In this document: positions 17,625-27,741 of the stretch, piece by piece
Layout of the letters: each line of letters starts with the position of its first letter
Position numbering within the stretch: the first letter of the stretch is position 1
Virus record (IMG/VR): IMGVR_UViG_3300032050_000088
DNA: 64,000 bases
From: an uncultured virus (IMG/VR IMGVR_UViG_3300032050_000088)
Lineage: Duplodnaviria > Heunggongvirae > Uroviricota > Caudoviricetes
Direction: 5' to 3' (one strand)
Notes under the pieces: model-generated
The model's database searches: none
Seen by the model: only the letters and a program-made list of their open reading frames with translations
What the model was told of the DNA's origin: nothing
Position numbers and translations under genes: made by a program

Positions 17625-18096
17625 ATTAGAAAAAGTATCAGATAGAATAATGTTTCAAATTATTAAACAAGTTGCTCGTAATTGTGAGTCAGAGGGAATA
17701 TCGTTTGGTCGTATCAATACAGAAGTTTCTGAGGTTATTAATTCATCATTAAAAATTTTTGGTGTTGTAGATAAAATAGAATATATTGATGAGGATTATG
17801 TTTGGACGGTGGTAAATTTGAATAAAGATAAGTTAAGTGAGGATAAGTTAACTGGCAATCTAATTAAGCCCGAACTTAAAACATATGAATTTAATATTGA
17901 AGTTAATGAGACAGTTTACCAAACTCAAACTTGGAGAGATACCGTTGAGTCATACGGAGACCCTTATAGTTTAGTTAGAATTATGGAAGAGAACGCGGAT
18001 TGGGACTACTACAACGGTAGAGAGATTTTTACCGACATACACGATAGTGAAACTAACGAGATTAGAATTAACCGTAAATCATTTAACGAGATTTAA
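17608..18096 (+). CDS. hypothetical protein
   Basis: ORF in operon. Confidence 0.7.
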   Translation: MNMTSELEKVSDRIMFQIIKQVARNCESEGISFGRINTEVSEVINSSLKIFGVVDKIEYIDEDYVWTVVNLNKDKLSEDKLTGNLIKPELKTYEFNIEVNETVYQTQTWRDTVESYGDPYSLVRIMEENADWDYYNGREIFTDIHDSETNEIRINRKSFNEI

Positions 18097-18860
18097 GAAA
18101 CGTCACTTAATGAATTAATATCAATTCTATTATCTGACATTTTTTGAAACATAAGTTCCTCTGTGAGTGAGAGCTCATAGAAATACACACCACCGGTTTC
18201 GATATCCTCACTTGGGTCATCTATGACTTCTGGTTTTCTTAATAAAGAAATTGATTTTTTAGATAACATTATTTCATTATTAACTTCATCCCATTCATCC
18301 AAAAGAAGAAATTTGTCCAATAGTGTTTTATCATAAGAGACAAAAAACCATTGACTAACCTCTGATTTATCATAATCATCAACAGAACCCGAGCCGTCAC
18401 AATAATCACAAGCAATGGTACCATCATCGTCACAATCATCACAACCTGTTCTTCCTTCACCATCGCACGCCCAACATGATTCGCCTTCTTCATTTTCTCC
18501 ATCACCACCACACGACTCACAGTCTATTTTTCCGTTGCCATCACACGAATCACACAAATTGTAACCATCACCATTACAATAGTCACAATCAACATCGGCA
18601 TAATTCGAATCAACTTCAATTAACGTAAATCCAAATAAATTAGATTTGATAAAATCATATTGTTTATCTAAAACCTCAGGAGTATTTACCATTGGTAGTA
18701 AGAACGATGCCATTATAATATCTTCTGGACTCATTCCGCTTGCAAATTCTTTGTATGGGAATTCAGTTACAAAATAAGTGTATACGTCAGTAGGTTTAAT
18801 ATTACTAAAGTTTGGTTTGTATATTTTCTTAATTAAGTTTAATAATTTTGGTTTTTCCAT
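18093..18860 (-). CDS. protein with DnaJ-type CxxCxGxG zinc-finger repeats (no J domain)
   Basis: Six CxxC repeats; start moved to 18860, behind TATTTAT. Confidence 0.75.
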   Translation of the reverse strand: MEKPKLLNLIKKIYKPNFSNIKPTDVYTYFVTEFPYKEFASGMSPEDIIMASFLLPMVNTPEVLDKQYDFIKSNLFGFTLIEVDSNYADVDCDYCNGDGYNLCDSCDGNGKIDCESCGGDGENEEGESCWACDGEGRTGCDDCDDDGTIACDYCDGSGSVDDYDKSEVSQWFFVSYDKTLLDKFLLLDEWDEVNNEIMLSKKSISLLRKPEVIDDPSEDIETGGVYFYELSLTEELMFQKMSDNRIDINSLSDVS

Positions 18861-18922
18861 ATTAATAAATACTTTAATGGTACAGTTAATGATATTTATA
18901 TAATACTCTAAAACTAAATAAA

Positions 18923-19255
18923 ATGAAAACAATAATTACTTTAATTTTTTTAATTACGTCAGTAATGACATTTGGTCAAAAATTTGACTCAAGTTATAAC
19001 TTAGTTATCGATTACAATGACGGTGAAAGGGCGGAAAAAGAATTTTCAGGTAGGTGGGTCGTAAAAGATTCTTTGCTATGCCAAATGTATGGTAAGGATA
19101 CATTGGAATATAAAATTTCCAAAATACAGGGTAGAAATGTTTTCCATATAAACGGATTTGAGGAAACGGTAAAATTTACATTTAATGCTAATGGAGATGT
19201 GGTTAGAATTAATTTGGATAGACCAAAACAATATTTGATTTATCGTTATAGATAG
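18923..19255 (+). CDS. secreted hypothetical protein
   Basis: Sec signal peptide (..TFG-Q). Confidence 0.7.
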   Translation: MKTIITLIFLITSVMTFGQKFDSSYNLVIDYNDGERAEKEFSGRWVVKDSLLCQMYGKDTLEYKISKIQGRNVFHINGFEETVKFTFNANGDVVRINLDRPKQYLIYRYR

Positions 19256-19266
19256 TATTTATTAGT

Positions 19267-19530
19267 ATGGAAAAGAAAGAATATTTAAAATTACTTAAAG
19301 ATATTACTCAGTGTTCCTCACTTAGTGAATTAAAAGATGTCGTATCAAAAGTTAATAATTTTGTAAAAGAAAACAATTTAAAACCAAGTAGTGATGAATT
19401 TCAAAAAATGGAGAAATTCGTTAAAATAGTTTTATTAAAATTAAAAACTAAAGAAAGACAACAATCCGAAAGTAGAACTAATAGAACTATTATAATAACT
19501 GAAGAACAATATAAAAGACTTTTTACTTAG
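19267..19530 (+). CDS. hypothetical protein with the leader motif at its C-terminus
   Basis: Ends RTIIITEEQYKRLFT. Confidence 0.7.
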   Translation: MEKKEYLKLLKDITQCSSLSELKDVVSKVNNFVKENNLKPSSDEFQKMEKFVKIVLLKLKTKERQQSESRTNRTIIITEEQYKRLFT

Positions 19531-19714
19531 TTGTTTTAGGTTTTCTACCTCTTTTCTTCTTTTCGTAAACAGGTGTCGGAGTTGGTGTCTTTTGAACCAA
19601 TTCGGTTAATTCAAATTCTTTCTCTTTTAATTCATAATTTTTCTTGAAATTTTTCCACTGAAAAAAGAATCCAATTACAATCACTGAAATAAAGGATAGA
19701 ATAAAATATATCAT
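19523..19714 (-). CDS. small membrane protein with basic tail
   Basis: N-terminal TM, KKRGRKPK tail; TATTTAT upstream. Confidence 0.6.
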   Translation of the reverse strand: MIYFILSFISVIVIGFFFQWKNFKKNYELKEKEFELTELVQKTPTPTPVYEKKKRGRKPKTTK

Positions 19715-19772
19715 AGTTTTTTATTATAAATATAACAAAAAACCCCTTTTCAGGGGTTAATTGTTAAAAATT

Positions 19773-20027
19773 TTAGACTAAATTATAGACCTGTCGATAT
19801 TCCTTACCTAAGAGTTCTTTTGCTTTATTAATAGCATCATTCTTAAACTTCAAACCCTTTTGTACCAATTTTTTTGAATGATAAATATTAAATTCACTAC
19901 CCGATACTTCAGGTTTATCATGCTTAGATGAACCATCTTTTTTAGGACGATAAGAATCCTTCGCATAAATGTCATAGAATCCTACTTTGGTTACGTAACG
20001 ACCTCTTGAATTTCCTTTTGTTGCCAT
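19773..20027 (-). CDS. hypothetical protein
   Basis: ORF with TATATTTG box upstream. Confidence 0.7.
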   Translation of the reverse strand: MATKGNSRGRYVTKVGFYDIYAKDSYRPKKDGSSKHDKPEVSGSEFNIYHSKKLVQKGLKFKNDAINKAKELLGKEYRQVYNLV

Positions 20028-20156
20028 ATTTTAATAATTTTATTTTTGTTTTTACAAATATAGACAACATAATCTATTAAAAAAAGATGGATACATAAAT
20101 TTTTTATAGTTTTAAATTTTGACATCACAAGTTTTTTCAATTAGATTTATCGGACT

Positions 20157-20675
20157 ATGAAAATAATAAATAAATTCAAAAACATACACTTTCTTTGGAT
20201 AGTTGGTATGATATGTTTTCTAACATTTTATGTACCTGTTAGATACTTTACAACATACACCGCCTATATTCCTGAATGGACTCTACCAATCTTTATATTC
20301 TGTACTATGATACCACTTTGGGTTCACGAATTAATGTGGAGAGGCTCAAGGATTGGTACAGATAGTTATAACGCATTTCACGACATACATTTTTATGATA
20401 AAAAATGGAAAACACTGACTTGTAATCCTTTTTATTTTATTATCACATATTACTTTTGGTTAAAAAGAAAACCACTTTTTTGGATAATGACTTTGTGTCT
20501 TATTATATCCTTAATTTTTGGATATTGGGTTGGGTACACAGAATATGATTTTCACCCCTTCACTCCATTCTATATTGTAAATTCAATTTGGTGGATTGGA
20601 ATCATAAAGGACTTTGTTGTTTTTAGAAATGATGCAAGAGAGGGTTTAATAAATTATGATATATACAATGATTAA
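20157..20675 (+). CDS. multi-pass membrane protein
   Basis: About 4 hydrophobic segments; TTGACA-17-TAGATT at 20119. Confidence 0.7.
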   Translation: MKIINKFKNIHFLWIVGMICFLTFYVPVRYFTTYTAYIPEWTLPIFIFCTMIPLWVHELMWRGSRIGTDSYNAFHDIHFYDKKWKTLTCNPFYFIITYYFWLKRKPLFWIMTLCLIISLIFGYWVGYTEYDFHPFTPFYIVNSIWWIGIIKDFVVFRNDAREGLINYDIYND

Positions 20676-20676
20676 T

Positions 20677-22485
20677 ATGAAAAAGATTTTATTACCATTT
20701 TTACTTTCTTTAATATTTCAGTTAAGTTCCCACTCTCAATGCTCGGGTGATATAACTTATACGTTAGATACTCCGCCAAGTGCGGACCTAACATACCCAC
20801 CAAATACAGTTGTTGAGTTATGTGTTACAATGACGAATTGGGATGGTAACGACCAAGGGTCAAATTGGTTTGAAGGGTTCGGCTTAACTCTTGGAACTGG
20901 TTGGGTTGATGTTGTACCACTGACTCCACCTAATGATGCTGATGATGTAACAGGGACTTGGATTTGGGTTAATACTGTAACATCCGATGCCACTGGTTTA
21001 GTTGCGGGTCCTGGTTATTTCTTTGAAGGCCCGACAGGTCCATTAGATGGTAATCCAGGTAACGATTGGGGTGATTATTGTATGAATGGAGATTGTGTAT
21101 GGGAATTTTGTGTATCTATGACCGCATCAGGAATTAGTGCCGACCCATTGGATATTGAAGTCACACCTTATTCTGATGGAAGTATGGGAAGTTGGGGACA
21201 AGAAATGTGTTTTGACCCTCCTGTTTCTATTTTTGACGGAGAGGTTGGTTGTACGGTTTATGGATGTACTAATCCAATTGCTTGTAACTATAATCCTAAT
21301 GCTGGCTGTGATGATGGTAGTTGTAACTTACCTGGTTGTACCGACCCGATAGCTTGTAATTATGATTTAAATGCAGATTGTGATGATGGTAGTTGTACAT
21401 ACCCTGGTTGTACTGACCCACTCGCTTGTAATTTTGTACCGACTGCGGGATGTGATGATGGAAGTTGTGGGTATTTTAGTATGACCGATATAACACACAA
21501 CTTCATTCCTTGCCCCGACACAACTTGTACAGGTTCAGAGGTTACATACTCCGTTAATGGAAATGAAACTTCAATTTACGATTGGCATATCACAGGTGGA
21601 GGACTTGTAACTACGGACCAAACATCTAGTTGTGAAATAATTTGGGGAGATGTTCCGGGTACTTACACTATCACTGTACAAGAAATCACCGCTCAAGGTT
21701 GTATTGGTGATATTAAAACTTGTGATGTTGAGGTTATTATTCCCGATATAACATTTGACACAACTGAATATACAATCTGTTTAAATGGTAGTTTGGAATT
21801 AAATGCCTATCCTGCCGGTGGAGATTGGAGTTCGGAATATATGAATCTGAATACCTTTATTGGAACAAGGACTGGAACTTATAACCCTCAGTATACCACA
21901 AATATTCACGGATGTGATATTACAGAATCAGTTAAAGTAAAAGTTAAATCAAAATACGACGCTCCACCAATCACCTTTGCCTCGGAATACATCGACCTAT
22001 GTTTAGAATCAGGTGAGGCTTACTATCTAACACCTGACTCACTAAACTACACATACAGTTGGTTTATTGAAAATGCAAAACAACCCGAATCAAGTAATCA
22101 ATTATTCACTCAATGGCCCGATACATCTCGTGTCTACCTAATCAAAGTAATTGGTTATGACGAGATTGGTTGTGAGAGCGAACCGAGTTTAATGTCAATC
22201 AAAGTCGAGTCTTGTCAAAGATTCTTTGCACCAAATTCATTCACACCAAATGGGGATGGGACAAATGATATATTTGAACTGCGTGGTATGTCAGTTTACC
22301 AACCAACACTTAAAATATTTGATAGATGGGGTAATGTGGTATATCAATCAAATAATTTGTGGTGGACAGGAGATTGTGGAACTGGTTACTATTGTAATAC
22401 GGATGTTTATAATTGGTTAATTGAATACCGTGATAAGGACGGATTTAATAAAGAAGAAAGAGGTTTTGTAACACTTGTTAGGTAA
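20677..22485 (+). CDS. secreted adhesin-like protein with Cys-rich repeats, Ig/PKD-like domains and a T9SS type B (gliding-motility-associated) C-terminal domain
   Basis: Signal peptide; three GCT(N/D)P.ACN...CDDGSC repeats; APNSFTPNGDGTND...IFDRWG...GFVTLVR; start moved to 20677. Confidence 0.9.
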   Translation: MKKILLPFLLSLIFQLSSHSQCSGDITYTLDTPPSADLTYPPNTVVELCVTMTNWDGNDQGSNWFEGFGLTLGTGWVDVVPLTPPNDADDVTGTWIWVNTVTSDATGLVAGPGYFFEGPTGPLDGNPGNDWGDYCMNGDCVWEFCVSMTASGISADPLDIEVTPYSDGSMGSWGQEMCFDPPVSIFDGEVGCTVYGCTNPIACNYNPNAGCDDGSCNLPGCTDPIACNYDLNADCDDGSCTYPGCTDPLACNFVPTAGCDDGSCGYFSMTDITHNFIPCPDTTCTGSEVTYSVNGNETSIYDWHITGGGLVTTDQTSSCEIIWGDVPGTYTITVQEITAQGCIGDIKTCDVEVIIPDITFDTTEYTICLNGSLELNAYPAGGDWSSEYMNLNTFIGTRTGTYNPQYTTNIHGCDITESVKVKVKSKYDAPPITFASEYIDLCLESGEAYYLTPDSLNYTYSWFIENAKQPESSNQLFTQWPDTSRVYLIKVIGYDEIGCESEPSLMSIKVESCQRFFAPNSFTPNGDGTNDIFELRGMSVYQPTLKIFDRWGNVVYQSNNLWWTGDCGTGYYCNTDVYNWLIEYRDKDGFNKEERGFVTLVR

Positions 22486-22742
22486 TGTACGGTAAAAAAG
22501 TTATGTTAAGATTATTTTGGACGATTATTGTTATAATTTCATTGTCAATTATGACAATGATGCTTGGTTGTTCCGGAAGACAAAAACAAAAAGAAGTGGG
22601 CGTTTATAATGTGGATACTTTATCACACATCAATTACTCCATTTACATTATTGATAGTTGTGAGTATATAATTTTTTATGGAGGTAGTTCGACTTGGGGA
22701 AGTCATAAAGGAAATTGTAATAATCCAAAACATGTTCATTAA
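22485..22742 (+). CDS. small lipoprotein
   Basis: MLGC lipobox; IDSCEY...HKGNC.NPKH. Confidence 0.7.
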   Translation: MYGKKVMLRLFWTIIVIISLSIMTMMLGCSGRQKQKEVGVYNVDTLSHINYSIYIIDSCEYIIFYGGSSTWGSHKGNCNNPKHVH

Positions 22743-23493
22743 AAATACAACGCCATATGTTGGCAGGTTAAAATTTAAATTTGAAAAATACCCACACTAC
22801 ACAGGTGGTGGTAGTGGAGTTTTAAATAAAGTTCACCTTGATTTGGGATTCACCAAGTTGGTTAGCCGTATGATTCCTTATAAAAATAATGGGTCATGGG
22901 TTGTAAACAGTGAATGTACCAAACTTATAACCAAATATACCGGAGGTAAAATTGGGGTTCATAAATTTGGTAATAATGGCGAAAACATTCTTGAGAATTC
23001 ATTTATGTCAAATGATGGAACCTACATTGGGGATATTGAAAGCGCTTGGTGGTATTACAATAACAAATTTTATGTTTGTAAGGAATACCCTGGAGGAGTT
23101 GCCATTAAGTTAAAAACTTATAGTCCTATAATTAGACTTATGAATACTATTGAGGATGGGTATGAAAATTTTATAACCGAACAAATTGAAAATGATAATA
23201 TTGAAGGTTATTATGGGTATACTCATCGTGGTGGTGCTTTGTTTAAAATAGGAGATAGAATTTTTGATAACTACTATCTACCAACTGGAAGTGATTACAC
23301 TGAAGAAGAATGGAATGAGTTTAATTCAAAATTCCAAAAATCTATAAAAAATGCCGATGAGGTAGATATGAAATATATCTATAATGAAGGAATTGCATCA
23401 GTCATTCCATTTAATAAAAGAGGAAAAAAAGTTATTGAAAATTGGAAAGAGGCTCGAGAAGCAGCAATCGCTTTATCAAAATATTTGGGGTAA
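22732..23493 (+). CDS. hypothetical phage protein
   Basis: ORF; start moved to 22732. Confidence 0.75.
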   Translation: MFIKNTTPYVGRLKFKFEKYPHYTGGGSGVLNKVHLDLGFTKLVSRMIPYKNNGSWVVNSECTKLITKYTGGKIGVHKFGNNGENILENSFMSNDGTYIGDIESAWWYYNNKFYVCKEYPGGVAIKLKTYSPIIRLMNTIEDGYENFITEQIENDNIEGYYGYTHRGGALFKIGDRIFDNYYLPTGSDYTEEEWNEFNSKFQKSIKNADEVDMKYIYNEGIASVIPFNKRGKKVIENWKEAREAAIALSKYLG

Positions 23494-23519
23494 TTTAAAG
23501 TATTTCGTATATTTGTATT

Positions 23520-24581
23520 GTGAATGAAATATTAAACAAATATTACGACGAGCATTTGATGTATAAACAAATACATCCGAATCTTCCACTCACCATATGG
23601 AACTACTCAGAAAAAGTTCAGTATGACAATTTGTGGGATGACATCACCATGCAAACTCGTGGACTTGTTACTGATAACAAAGGAAATATTGTTGCCCGAC
23701 CATTTAAGAAATTCTTTAACGATTCAGAAAATAAACATACTCCCACTCCTGAATTTGATGTCTATGAAAAAATGGATGGGTCTCTTGGAATTCTGTTTTA
23801 CTATGAAGGTGAATGGGTTCTTGCAACTCGCGGGTCATTTACTTCTGACCAAGCGGTAAAAGGATTTGAGATGTTACAAAAGTATGACTATCAAAAACTC
23901 CACAAAGATTATACTTATTTGTTTGAGATAATCTATGATGACAACCGCATAGTTGTTAAGTATGATTATGAAGATTTGATATTACTTGGAATGATAAATA
24001 CCAAAACTGGATATGAAGTTGATTTGTATGGCGAGGGTAATGATGTTAGATTGAAGAACCTAATCACCAATCTTGGATTCAAAGTTGTAAAGAAGTATGA
24101 TGGTATAAATGATTATTCTGTTTTGAAGGAAATGATAAAGGACGATGAGGAAGGTTTTGTTGTTCGTTTCTCTAATGGAGATAGAATGAAAGTTAAGGGT
24201 GAGGAATATTTAAGATTACATAAGATAATGACAAACGTATCTACAACTGCGGTGTGGGAGATGTTAAGTGAAGGTAGGGATGTTTTGGAGATAATCAAAG
24301 ATGTCCCTGATGAGTTCTACAACAAAGTTAAAAGTTATGTTAGAGATTTAAAATATACTTATTTATCTTTGAGTGAATATGCTGGAAAAACTCACGATGG
24401 GTTCCGATATGGAAAGTTTGGTGATAAAGACCCCGAGCCAACCAAAAAAGAATTTGCCGAGTTTTTATCAATGAATAACTACAATCCGATTATAAAGGCA
24501 TTATGCTTTGCAATGTGGGACAAAAAGGATTATGATAAAATAATATGGAAACATATAAAACCTGAATTTAGAAAATTATGA
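23520..24581 (+). CDS. T4 Rnl1-like RNA ligase
   Basis: EKMDGSLG (motif I), LFEII, EGFVV, KVK; ARPFKKFFN. Confidence 0.9.
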   Translation: MNEILNKYYDEHLMYKQIHPNLPLTIWNYSEKVQYDNLWDDITMQTRGLVTDNKGNIVARPFKKFFNDSENKHTPTPEFDVYEKMDGSLGILFYYEGEWVLATRGSFTSDQAVKGFEMLQKYDYQKLHKDYTYLFEIIYDDNRIVVKYDYEDLILLGMINTKTGYEVDLYGEGNDVRLKNLITNLGFKVVKKYDGINDYSVLKEMIKDDEEGFVVRFSNGDRMKVKGEEYLRLHKIMTNVSTTAVWEMLSEGRDVLEIIKDVPDEFYNKVKSYVRDLKYTYLSLSEYAGKTHDGFRYGKFGDKDPEPTKKEFAEFLSMNNYNPIIKALCFAMWDKKDYDKIIWKHIKPEFRKL

Positions 24582-25285
24582 AAGTATTGGTATTAGGAAA
24601 AGGGAAGTTGGGTGGTGAAATTGTTAAACAAACGGGATGGGATTATCTATGTAGAGCCGAACATGAAATTACAATAGATAATTTTGATGAATGGAAAAAT
24701 AGAATGGATGAATATGATGTGGTTGTAAATTGTATTGCAAACACTGACACATATTCTGACAATAAAGAAAAACATTGGAAAGCAAATTACGAACTTGTAA
24801 CATTCCTTGCCGAGTATTGTGATGACAACAGGAAAAAACTGGTACACATTTCAACCGACTATTTGTATCAAAAATCAGTTGAAGATGCAAAGGAGGAGGA
24901 CGAACCATTGTTTGACCATAGTTGGTATTTGATGACAAAATTACTTGCTGATGAATATTTGAAAGAACACGCAAAAAATTATTTGATTTGTAGATTGTCC
25001 CACAAACCTCATCCATTTCCATATGAAAGTGCTTGGGTTGATATTGTAACAAATGCCGATTACACACCAGTAATCGCGGGTCTTGTAATTGAGTTAATTA
25101 AGAATGGTGCTGAAGGTCTTTATAATGTTGGAACCGAGAGAAAAACAATCTATGAACTCGCTCAAAGGACAAACAAAAGTGTACTAAAAAGTATTGCTCC
25201 CCCACATATTCCAAAAAATGTTACGATGAATATTAGTAAGATGGAGAACTTTTTAAAACAGGTTACAGAACAAATACCTTCTTAG
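24578..25285 (+). CDS. rmlD: dTDP-4-dehydrorhamnose reductase-like SDR
   Basis: GKGKLG, VNCIANTD, HISTDY, YxxxK. Confidence 0.8.
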   Translation: MKVLVLGKGKLGGEIVKQTGWDYLCRAEHEITIDNFDEWKNRMDEYDVVVNCIANTDTYSDNKEKHWKANYELVTFLAEYCDDNRKKLVHISTDYLYQKSVEDAKEEDEPLFDHSWYLMTKLLADEYLKEHAKNYLICRLSHKPHPFPYESAWVDIVTNADYTPVIAGLVIELIKNGAEGLYNVGTERKTIYELAQRTNKSVLKSIAPPHIPKNVTMNISKMENFLKQVTEQIPS

Positions 25286-25746
25286 TATTTTTTACAAATA
25301 TTTTGAGTTCCGTATATTTGGGCACCTGTTTCTCTACAACTTATTCTATCACTCAAATATTTAAAATTGTCATTATCCTCACCTGTATGTTTTTGGATTA
25401 TATTTAAAGCGGTTTTTTGGAAATCAGGGTATTGGTCGGCGTGCTGAGATAATAACCAGTAGTTATCCCAATCTTTTTTATTAAATGAATCAAAATCAAA
25501 ATTTGTGTAAATAAATTTGTTCATTCTATCCTTATCAAGAAAAATGTCATCAGGATTTCTATGTTTTAGTTTAATCCATTCCTTGGCACCTTTTTCATAA
25601 TCACCCCTTAATTCATTATTTACAAAATCCATATATTCCTTTCTCTCAACTTGGTCTTGTTGTACAAGTTGTGATAATAAATCTGAATTACTAACATCCA
25701 TATTCATTATTTCCTTAATCCTTTGTATATTTTCTTGCAGGTTCAT
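25282..25746 (-). CDS. leader (MNLQENIQRIKEIM) + DUF6624-like domain
   Basis: DQ..R, QHAD, L.DR...QIYGTQ; start moved to 25746. Confidence 0.65.
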   Translation of the reverse strand: MNLQENIQRIKEIMNMDVSNSDLLSQLVQQDQVERKEYMDFVNNELRGDYEKGAKEWIKLKHRNPDDIFLDKDRMNKFIYTNFDFDSFNKKDWDNYWLLSQHADQYPDFQKTALNIIQKHTGEDNDNFKYLSDRISCRETGAQIYGTQNICKKY

Positions 25747-25747
25747 A

Positions 25748-26350
25748 TTAATATCCACCTTCGTTATCCAATTTATCTTCAATTTCTTGATATACTCCCG
25801 GTAATAAATCTCTCATTACGGTTGAGTAAACTACCGGTAGATAATATTCGTAATACCATTCAAATAGTTCATCCACGGTATCAAAAGATGTTTTATGTTT
25901 AAGTTGTATATAGTAATCACCACTAGGTTCCTTTTCTGCAATTATATCACCATCTTCATTAAGTAAAGTAAACCAATCAATATCAACAGGAGTCCACGGG
26001 TTTCCGTCCCAAAAAGGAGTTGCAACCACTGAAATTTGTTCGTACATACCTGGTAAAAAATGTTTTGAATCTCTACTCATTTCCCAATATACAATCCCAT
26101 CTATACCACTTGAAATTTTAAAATTTTTATATTCCCTAGGTAATTTTTTATTTTTAAGATTAACAATTAATAATTCGTGAGCGACTTCTGAATCTATTGG
26201 GTGACCTGAGATGTCTACTAATTTAGCTAAACTTACACCTATCATTTTTGCAGTATCCTTTAACCCAAACTGACTGATATAATTATCAATCGATTTTTTT
26301 AACCGACTTTCTTCTCTTAATACTTTTCTTATAGTTTCTTGTAGGTTCAT
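25748..26350 (-). CDS. hypothetical protein with MNLQETIRKVLREE leader
   Basis: Leader motif. Confidence 0.8.
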   Translation of the reverse strand: MNLQETIRKVLREESRLKKSIDNYISQFGLKDTAKMIGVSLAKLVDISGHPIDSEVAHELLIVNLKNKKLPREYKNFKISSGIDGIVYWEMSRDSKHFLPGMYEQISVVATPFWDGNPWTPVDIDWFTLLNEDGDIIAEKEPSGDYYIQLKHKTSFDTVDELFEWYYEYYLPVVYSTVMRDLLPGVYQEIEDKLDNEGGY

Positions 26351-26793
26351 TTCTTTTTCTTTTTAACACAATTTGGATATCTTTTACCAAACATAGTTTT
26401 CATTCCTTTTTGAGTATAACCTGGCCAACACTTTTCAGTTAGTTCTGATTCAGTTGTTTCCATCTTTTGAGTGCAATTATCGTTGTAATAATTTGTTAAT
26501 TCTTCTCCGTAGTTTTCTCTTATGTATTTAACCACAAAGTTAGAAATGTCTATCCATTCATCGGACCTGTCATCTATTTCATAAAAAGTATTATAATACA
26601 GATTTTCTAAAATCGCTTCAGTTACAACATCACCCAATTCTCTACCATTTTCATATCTACAAATTGAATTTGGTCTATAAACGGCGCTCATTAATCTTTT
26701 AAATTCCCTATCAATCTCGTGAGTTCTTCTTAATACTTTGCTAGGCGCCCTTTCTTCTTTTAATATTCTTTTAATGGTTTCTCTTAAACTCAT
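26347..26793 (-). CDS. hypothetical protein with MSLRETIKRILKEE leader and C-terminal KCWPGY...PNCVK motif
   Basis: Start moved to 26793, behind TATTTAT. Confidence 0.75.
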   Translation of the reverse strand: MSLRETIKRILKEERAPSKVLRRTHEIDREFKRLMSAVYRPNSICRYENGRELGDVVTEAILENLYYNTFYEIDDRSDEWIDISNFVVKYIRENYGEELTNYYNDNCTQKMETTESELTEKCWPGYTQKGMKTMFGKRYPNCVKKKKK

Positions 26794-26849
26794 GTTAATA
26801 AATACCTCCAAAAAATGATATTTTTGTTGTGTAATTGAAATAACCTGAC

Positions 26850-26857
26850 TATATTTG
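26850..26857 (+). promoter_or_regulatory. Bacteroidota -7 box 4 nt before the ATG
   Basis: TATATTTG-CACC-ATG. Confidence 0.7.
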
Positions 26858-26861
26858 CACC

Positions 26862-27527
26862 ATGATAAAGATTGAGAAAAATAATGACGGAACATTTCCT
26901 GAGGTATGGATTTTCTCAGACCCCCACTATAATCACAAGAACATTTGCCGTGGAACAACGAGTTGGAGGACATTAGATGGTGAAATTCCATTGGAACAAA
27001 CAAGGGATTTTACAACTCTTGAAAAAATGAATGAGGCAATCCTAAACGGGATTAATGAAAATGTAGGTCAAGATGATATTTTGATTTGTCTTGGTGACTG
27101 GTCATTTGGTGGATTTGAATCAATCGAAGAATTTAGAAATAGAATTATTTGTAGGAATATTCACCTTGTTTTAGGTAATCACGACCACCACATTGAAAGA
27201 AACAGGGATGACATCCAAAGACTTTTTACAAGTGTTAGTCATTACGAAACACTGGTGATTGATAAGAAGACATTCCGTTTGTTTCACTACCCAATCCAAA
27301 GTTGGAATGGAATGAATGAAGGGGATATTCACCTTCACGGACACGTTCACCTTCCATCAAACAGAAAGTTCGGACAAGGAAAAAAAATGGATGTTGGAAT
27401 TGATGGACATCCCGAGTTTAGGCCTTATAATGTTATGAGGGAAATTGTACCCATAATGGATAAACGAGATGTGAAGTCGGACATGTTAAATGACCACCAC
27501 GTTGAGAGGCTTTTAAATTCAAGGTGA
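26862..27527 (+). CDS. calcineurin-like metallophosphoesterase
   Basis: SDPH, LGD, GNHD, HYP, HGHVH. Confidence 0.9.
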   Translation: MIKIEKNNDGTFPEVWIFSDPHYNHKNICRGTTSWRTLDGEIPLEQTRDFTTLEKMNEAILNGINENVGQDDILICLGDWSFGGFESIEEFRNRIICRNIHLVLGNHDHHIERNRDDIQRLFTSVSHYETLVIDKKTFRLFHYPIQSWNGMNEGDIHLHGHVHLPSNRKFGQGKKMDVGIDGHPEFRPYNVMREIVPIMDKRDVKSDMLNDHHVERLLNSR

Positions 27528-27528
27528 T

Positions 27529-27741
27529 ATGAGTGAAGAACTTTATTGTGTGAAACTAAAACATAATCTATATAACATAGTTTATGGTGAAAAAATAACT
27601 GTACCACGAGGGGAAATTATATTGGACAAAATTCCTGAAAACAAATTGGAATTCATTGGGTATCCCCTCGTGGTCAGAGACCATGGCAACGGAGTTAAAA
27701 CATTGGCGGAAAAAAACGATTGTATATTAGAAAAGATATGA
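27529..27741 (+). CDS. hypothetical protein
   Basis: ORF in operon. Confidence 0.6.
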   Translation: MSEELYCVKLKHNLYNIVYGEKITVPRGEIILDKIPENKLEFIGYPLVVRDHGNGVKTLAEKNDCILEKI

